Below are positions 59,671 through 64,000 of a stretch of 64,000 nucleotides of DNA, piece by piece. The stretch's first letter is position 1, and every line of letters begins with the position of its first letter. This DNA is from Armatimonadota bacterium (GTDB lineage: Bacteria > Sysuimicrobiota > Sysuimicrobiia > Sysuimicrobiales > Kaftiobacteriaceae): positions 1-64,000 of the forward strand of contig JBBIUY010000010.1 of the NCBI GenBank assembly GCA_037440005.1, written 5' to 3'. The notes under the pieces were generated by a model, which was not told the DNA's origin, did no database searches, and saw only the letters and a program-made list of their open reading frames with translations. The position numbers were made by a program, and so were the translations under genes.

Positions 59671-60204
59671 GTGCGGTGGGACCGCCCGGAACAGCTGGTG
59701 ACGCTGGGGGCGCTGGCGGCGGCCCTGGTCGCCGCCGTGGCGCTGCTGGCGGTGCGGCGGCCGGGTCCACCGGTCCGGCTGATCGAGCCGGCGCCGCAGG
59801 AGCAGGTGGTCGTGCAGGTGGACGGCGAGGTAGTGCGGCCGGGCCTGTACCGGCTCGCCTCCGGATCCCGGGTCCGGGACGCCGTGGACGCCGCCGGCGG
59901 CTTCTCTCCCGCCGCCGACGCCGCAGCGCTCAACCTGGCCCGCCTGCTGCGGGACGGCGACCGCGTGACGGTGCCTGCCCGCGCCTCGGCGGGACCGGCG
60001 GTCCGGCCCGCCCCCCTCGACATCAACACGGCCGGCGCCGACCAGCTGGAGACGCTTCCGGGCATCGGCCCGGTGCTGGCCCGCCGGATCGTGGAGTTCC
60101 GGACCCGCCACGGGCCGTTCCGGCGTGTGGAGGACCTCCTGCAGGTGCAGGGCATCGGCCCCCGGCTTCTGGAACGCCTGCGCCCGCTGGTGACGGTCCG
60201 GTGA
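59671..60204 (+). CDS. comEA: ComEA-family DNA-binding protein
   Basis: TM, SLBB domain (VDGEVVRPGLY..LNLA), HhH motifs (INTA..LPGIGP..GIGP). TGCTATAGT extended -10 at 59633-59641. Confidence 0.92.
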   Translation: MRWDRPEQLVTLGALAAALVAAVALLAVRRPGPPVRLIEPAPQEQVVVQVDGEVVRPGLYRLASGSRVRDAVDAAGGFSPAADAAALNLARLLRDGDRVTVPARASAGPAVRPAPLDINTAGADQLETLPGIGPVLARRIVEFRTRHGPFRRVEDLLQVQGIGPRLLERLRPLVTVR

Positions 60205-60264
60205 GGGAACCGCGGCGCCCGCCTCCCCGTAGGCACAGACAGGGGACGGGCAGGGAGACGCAGG

Positions 60265-60846
60265 GTGCGCCGACGGACGCCGCCCGAGCCCGGCACCGCC
60301 CCGGACGACGTCGCCGCCTTTGAGGCCCTGGTGGCCCGCTACGGCCAGAGGATCTACACCCTAGCCTACCGCATGGCGGGCAACGAGGCCGACGCCCGCG
60401 ACCTGGTCCAGGAGGCGCTGATCCGGGTGTGGAGGCACCTGCGGACGGTGGACCCCGCCGCCGCCCTGGAAGGGTGGCTGTACCGGATCGTCGCCAACCT
60501 GTTCATCGACATGCTCCGCCGGCGTCCGCCGGCGCGGGTGGACTCCCTGGACGCGCCGGTGGCCACGCCCCGGGGCGGCGCGGTCCCCCGGGAGGTGGCC
60601 GATCCGCGGGCGGACCTGGAGGCGGCGGTGCTGGACCGCCACCTGGACGCCGACGTGCAGGCGGCGCTGCTGGCGCTGCCGGCGGACGTGCGGGCGGTGG
60701 TGGTGCTCTGCGACATCGAAGGGTACTCCTACGAGGAGATCGCCGGAATGCTGCAGATTCCGGTGGGGACGGTGAAGTCGAGGCTGCACCGGGCCCGCCG
60801 GGCCCTGGCCGCGCGCCTGCGGCACCGCCTGGAGGGATCGCCGTGA
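60265..60846 (+). CDS. ECF sigma factor
   Basis: DARDLVQE, WLYRIVAN, YSYEEIA..GTVKSRLHRAR. Confidence 0.93.
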   Translation: MRRRTPPEPGTAPDDVAAFEALVARYGQRIYTLAYRMAGNEADARDLVQEALIRVWRHLRTVDPAAALEGWLYRIVANLFIDMLRRRPPARVDSLDAPVATPRGGAVPREVADPRADLEAAVLDRHLDADVQAALLALPADVRAVVVLCDIEGYSYEEIAGMLQIPVGTVKSRLHRARRALAARLRHRLEGSP

Positions 60847-61319
60847 GCCACCACCGCCTCAGCCGCCAGCTGTCCGCCTACCTGGACGGCGAGCTGACGG
60901 CAGAGGACGAGCAGGAGGTCAGGGAGCACCTGGCCCGCTGCGAGGCCTGCCGGGACGAGCTCCGCCAGCTGCAGGCCGTGCGGTCGTTGCTGCGGCGGCT
61001 GCCCGAGCCACAGGCGCCGGAGGACCTGTGGGGGGCGGTCCGGAGCCGGACGGTCCGGGCCCTCCCCCGCCGCCGCTGGCCGGCGCGCGCGGTGCTGGCG
61101 GTCGCCGCGGCGGCGGTGGTCGTCCTGCTGGCCCTGCCTGCGGTGCGCACCCGCGTGGACCGCCTGCGCGCGGCCGGCGTGGGGGTGGACGTGTTTGTCC
61201 GGGAGCACGCGCTGGCGACGGCGGGCGAGCCCTTCGCGGACCGGGCGTACCTGGGGCTGCTGATCAGCGACGCCAGCGCGGCGCTGGCGGGCGTCCCGCG
61301 GGAGGAGGAGCGGCGATGA
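60843..61319 (+). CDS. Zinc-finger (ZAS) anti-sigma factor with TM helix
   Basis: LSAYLDGEL..HLARCEAC (HxxxCxxC); GTG 60843. Confidence 0.9.
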   Translation: MSHHRLSRQLSAYLDGELTAEDEQEVREHLARCEACRDELRQLQAVRSLLRRLPEPQAPEDLWGAVRSRTVRALPRRRWPARAVLAVAAAAVVVLLALPAVRTRVDRLRAAGVGVDVFVREHALATAGEPFADRAYLGLLISDASAALAGVPREEERR

Positions 61320-62338
61320 GGGCTCTTCCGGTGTGGTCGGCCGTGTCCGCGGCGGTCCTGACCGCCGCGCTGGCCGCTGGCGCGGCCACCCGGCCCGCCC
61401 TCCCGTCGGCGGACCAGGTGCTGCAGGCGATGCTGGACGCGCCGGGGGTCGTGGACTACGAGGGCACCAAGGTGATGACCGTCGTCCGCGGCCACAGGGC
61501 CGAGACGGTCACGGTCCTGGAGGCGTACAAGCGGCTGGGCCGCCTGCGGCTGGAGTTTTTGTCCCCCGAAGGGGTGGCCGGCCGTCTGGTAGTGGACGAC
61601 GGCGCCGCCGCCTGGCAGTACGAACCCTCCCACCACCTGGTGATCCAGAACCCCTCCTTCGCCCGCCCGGCCGTCGCCCCGCAGGCGGCCGACGTCCGCC
61701 GGCAGTCGCTGGTGGCGGTCCTGGGGCGGGAGGAGGTCATCGGCCGGCCCGCCGTGGTGGTGGTCCTGGAGCCCCGGGCGGGAGGGCCCAGCCGACGGTA
61801 CTGGGTGGACGAGGTCACGGGGGTGGTCCTGCGCACCGAGGAGAGGGACGCCGCCGGCGAGGTGGTCTTCACCAGCTTCTTCACCCGTGTCGGCTTCGGC
61901 CTGAACGTCCCCGCGGCGCTGTTCCGGTTCACCCCCCCGGCCGGGGCGCGCATCGTGCCCCTGTACCTGTCCGGCGACCCGATGGACAGCCCGCAGGCGC
62001 TGGCCCACCTGGCGGGGTTCCCCGTGGCCGTCCCGGCCTCCCTGCCCTTCGGCTACCGGTTCCGGACGGGGACGGTGACCCGCCGGGGGCCGCTGGTCGC
62101 CGCCACCGCCGTCTACACGGACGGCGCGCGCACCGTGACGGTGTTCCAGGCGCCCGCGGCCCGCTTTCCCCTCCCGCCGGTGGGAGCGCCGCTGCCCGTG
62201 GGCGGCCGGCAGGGCCGCGTGGTGGAGGTGGGCTACTTCCGGGTGCTGCTGTGGCAGGCCGGATCCACCACCGCGGCCGTGGCCGGCAGCCTGCCCGATG
62301 CCGCCCTGGCGCTGGTGGCCGAAGCGGTGACCCCCTGA
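61316..62338 (+). CDS. RseB/MucB-like (LolA-fold) protein
   Basis: Signal peptide; DYEG, LGREEVIGRPA, YWVDEVTGVVLRTE; follows the anti-sigma gene. Confidence 0.8.
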   Translation: MRALPVWSAVSAAVLTAALAAGAATRPALPSADQVLQAMLDAPGVVDYEGTKVMTVVRGHRAETVTVLEAYKRLGRLRLEFLSPEGVAGRLVVDDGAAAWQYEPSHHLVIQNPSFARPAVAPQAADVRRQSLVAVLGREEVIGRPAVVVVLEPRAGGPSRRYWVDEVTGVVLRTEERDAAGEVVFTSFFTRVGFGLNVPAALFRFTPPAGARIVPLYLSGDPMDSPQALAHLAGFPVAVPASLPFGYRFRTGTVTRRGPLVAATAVYTDGARTVTVFQAPAARFPLPPVGAPLPVGGRQGRVVEVGYFRVLLWQAGSTTAAVAGSLPDAALALVAEAVTP

Positions 62339-62360
62339 GAACGCACCGGCGGCCGTCCCT

Positions 62361-64000
62361 TTAGCGGGTGACGACGTTGACCAGGCGGCCGGGGACGACG
62401 ATGACGTCGGCCACCTCCCGCCCGTCCAGAAAGCGGCGCACCTTCTCGTTGCTCAGCGCCAGCTCCCGGGCCTGGGCCTCGGTCAGGTCGGCGGGCACCT
62501 GGACCCGGTCGCGCACCTTGCCGTCCACCTGCAGGACCAGGGTGATGGTCGGCGCCCGGGCCAGCGCGGGATCGTAGGACGGCCACGCCTGGGTGTGGAC
62601 GCTGTAGGGCTCGCCCAGCCGCTCCCACAGCTCCTCGGCGATGTGGGGGGTCAGGGGCGCCAGCATCAGGACCAGGGACCGGATGGCCTCCCGCCACGCC
62701 GGCGTCCCGGCGTACCGGGCCCGGACCTGGTACAGGTAGTTGGTGAACTCCATCAGGGCGGCGATGGCCGTGTTGAAGTGGAAGCCCTCCAGGTCCTCGG
62801 TCACCTTCTTGATGGTCCGGTGCGTCCAGTGGCGCAGGGGCATCGGCTCCGGCTCCGACGCCGCGGTCTCCGCCCCCGCGTCCCCGCGTCCCGCCGGTGT
62901 GGCCGTGCCCACCACCAGGTTCCACACCCGGTGCAGGAACCGGTGCACCCCGTCGATGCCCCGGCTGTTCCACGGGCCCCCGCCCTCCCAGGGGCCGATG
63001 AACATCAGGTAGGCCCGCACCGTGTCGGCGCCCAGGGTCCGCACGAAGTCGTCGGGGTTGACCACGTTGCCCCGGGACTTGCTCATCTTCTCCCCGTCTT
63101 CGCCCAGGATGACTCCCTGGTTGAACAGGCGCAGCATCGGCTCGCTGAAGGTCACCAGCCCCAGGTCGCGCATCACCTTGGTCCAGAAGCGGGTGTACAG
63201 CAGGTGCATGACCGCGTGCTCGATCCCGCCGGTGTACTGGTCCACGGGCAGCCAGTACGCCCCCACCCGGGGGTCGAAGGGGCCCTCCCGGTAACGGGGG
63301 CTGAGGTAGCGGTACTGGTACCAGGACGAGTCCACAAAGGTGTCCATGGTATCCGTCTCCCGCTCCGCCTCCCGGCCGCACCGGGGGCAGCGGGTGCGCC
63401 GGAACCCCTCGTGACGCTTCAGGGGCGACTCGCCGGTGGGCAGGAACTCGGCGTCCATGGGCAGGACCACCGGCAGGTCGCTCTCGGGCACCGGCACGGT
63501 CCCGCAGTGTGGGCAGTAGATGATGGGGATGGGCGTGCCCCAGTACCGCTGGCGGCTGATCAGCCAGTCGTGCAGCCGGTAGTGCACGGCGCGCCGGCCG
63601 ATGCCCGTCTCCTCCATATAGTCGGCGATGCGCTCCCACGCCACGGAGGACGGCAAGCCGTCAAACGGCCCCGAGTTGACCATCGTCCCCTCGTCCAGGT
63701 ACGCCGCGGGCAGGGGCGCGCCGGTCCACCCCGGCGGGGCCACCACCACCCGGATGGGCAGCCCGTATTTGCGGGCAAACTCGAAGTCCCGCTGGTCGTG
63801 GGCGGGCACGCCCTGGATGGCGCCGGCGCCGTAGGTCAGCAGCACGTAGTCGGCGACGAAGATGGGCACCGGCTCCCCGTTCATGGGGTTGACGGCGTAG
63901 GCGCCGATGAACACCCCGTCCCGCTCCCGCTCGGTGGACAGCCGTTCCACGTCCGACTCCCGGGCGGCCTTGTACTTGTACGCCTCCACCTCCGCCCGCC
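62361..64000 (-). CDS. leuS: Leucine--tRNA ligase (C-terminal part; 5' end outside the window)
   Basis: DWLISRQRYWGTPIP, ETDTMDTFVDSSWY, GGIEHA, KMSKS. Confidence 0.97.
   Translation of the reverse strand, partial: RAEVEAYKYKAARESDVERLSTERERDGVFIGAYAVNPMNGEPVPIFVADYVLLTYGAGAIQGVPAHDQRDFEFARKYGLPIRVVVAPPGWTGAPLPAAYLDEGTMVNSGPFDGLPSSVAWERIADYMEETGIGRRAVHYRLHDWLISRQRYWGTPIPIIYCPHCGTVPVPESDLPVVLPMDAEFLPTGESPLKRHEGFRRTRCPRCGREAERETDTMDTFVDSSWYQYRYLSPRYREGPFDPRVGAYWLPVDQYTGGIEHAVMHLLYTRFWTKVMRDLGLVTFSEPMLRLFNQGVILGEDGEKMSKSRGNVVNPDDFVRTLGADTVRAYLMFIGPWEGGGPWNSRGIDGVHRFLHRVWNLVVGTATPAGRGDAGAETAASEPEPMPLRHWTHRTIKKVTEDLEGFHFNTAIAALMEFTNYLYQVRARYAGTPAWREAIRSLVLMLAPLTPHIAEELWERLGEPYSVHTQAWPSYDPALARAPTITLVLQVDGKVRDRVQVPADLTEAQARELALSNEKVRRFLDGREVADVIVVPGRLVNVVTR

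Overview
Very GC-rich bacterial chromosomal window. Its gene content (Firmicutes-like alaS-ruvX-DUF1292-mltG-yqeG order, a T-box, an RseB-like protein) suggests a Terrabacteria lineage, possibly Armatimonadota/CSP1-3-like; this is inference only. Positions ~1-37,600 form a nearly all minus-strand type IV pilus (T4P) super-locus. It contains pilMNOP, four minor pilins, pilD, a MoxR-DUF58-transglutaminase triad, a lipid-linked glycan pathway with two O-antigen-ligase/oligosaccharyltransferase-like genes, two pilins, pilC, pilT, two pilB ATPases (one TPR-fused), two roadblock proteins, a MerR-type HTH protein and a SigB/F-family sigma factor. The most notable signal is an apparent regulatory cascade visible in the DNA. 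A sigma70 promoter and a c-di-GMP-I riboswitch sit in front of the SigB/F-like sigma gene. A shared bipartite motif, G-N-CTA-N-(N14)-GGGYAT, lies upstream of five T4P/glycosylation transcription units, including both pilins. The locus also carries many 7/8-bp tandem arrays and REP-like hairpins; some lie inside genes, some abut start codons, and one inverted pair flanks a four-helix-bundle gene. The remainder is housekeeping and metabolism: alaS with a T-box, an aminotransferase, rpsU, an acyl-CoA ligase/Liv-type ABC cluster (with a duplicated gene start), a GH-A-like protein lacking a catalytic motif, a polyamine operon, comEA, an ECF sigma/anti-sigma/RseB-like operon and partial leuS. No rRNA, tRNA, CRISPR array or transposase was recognised.
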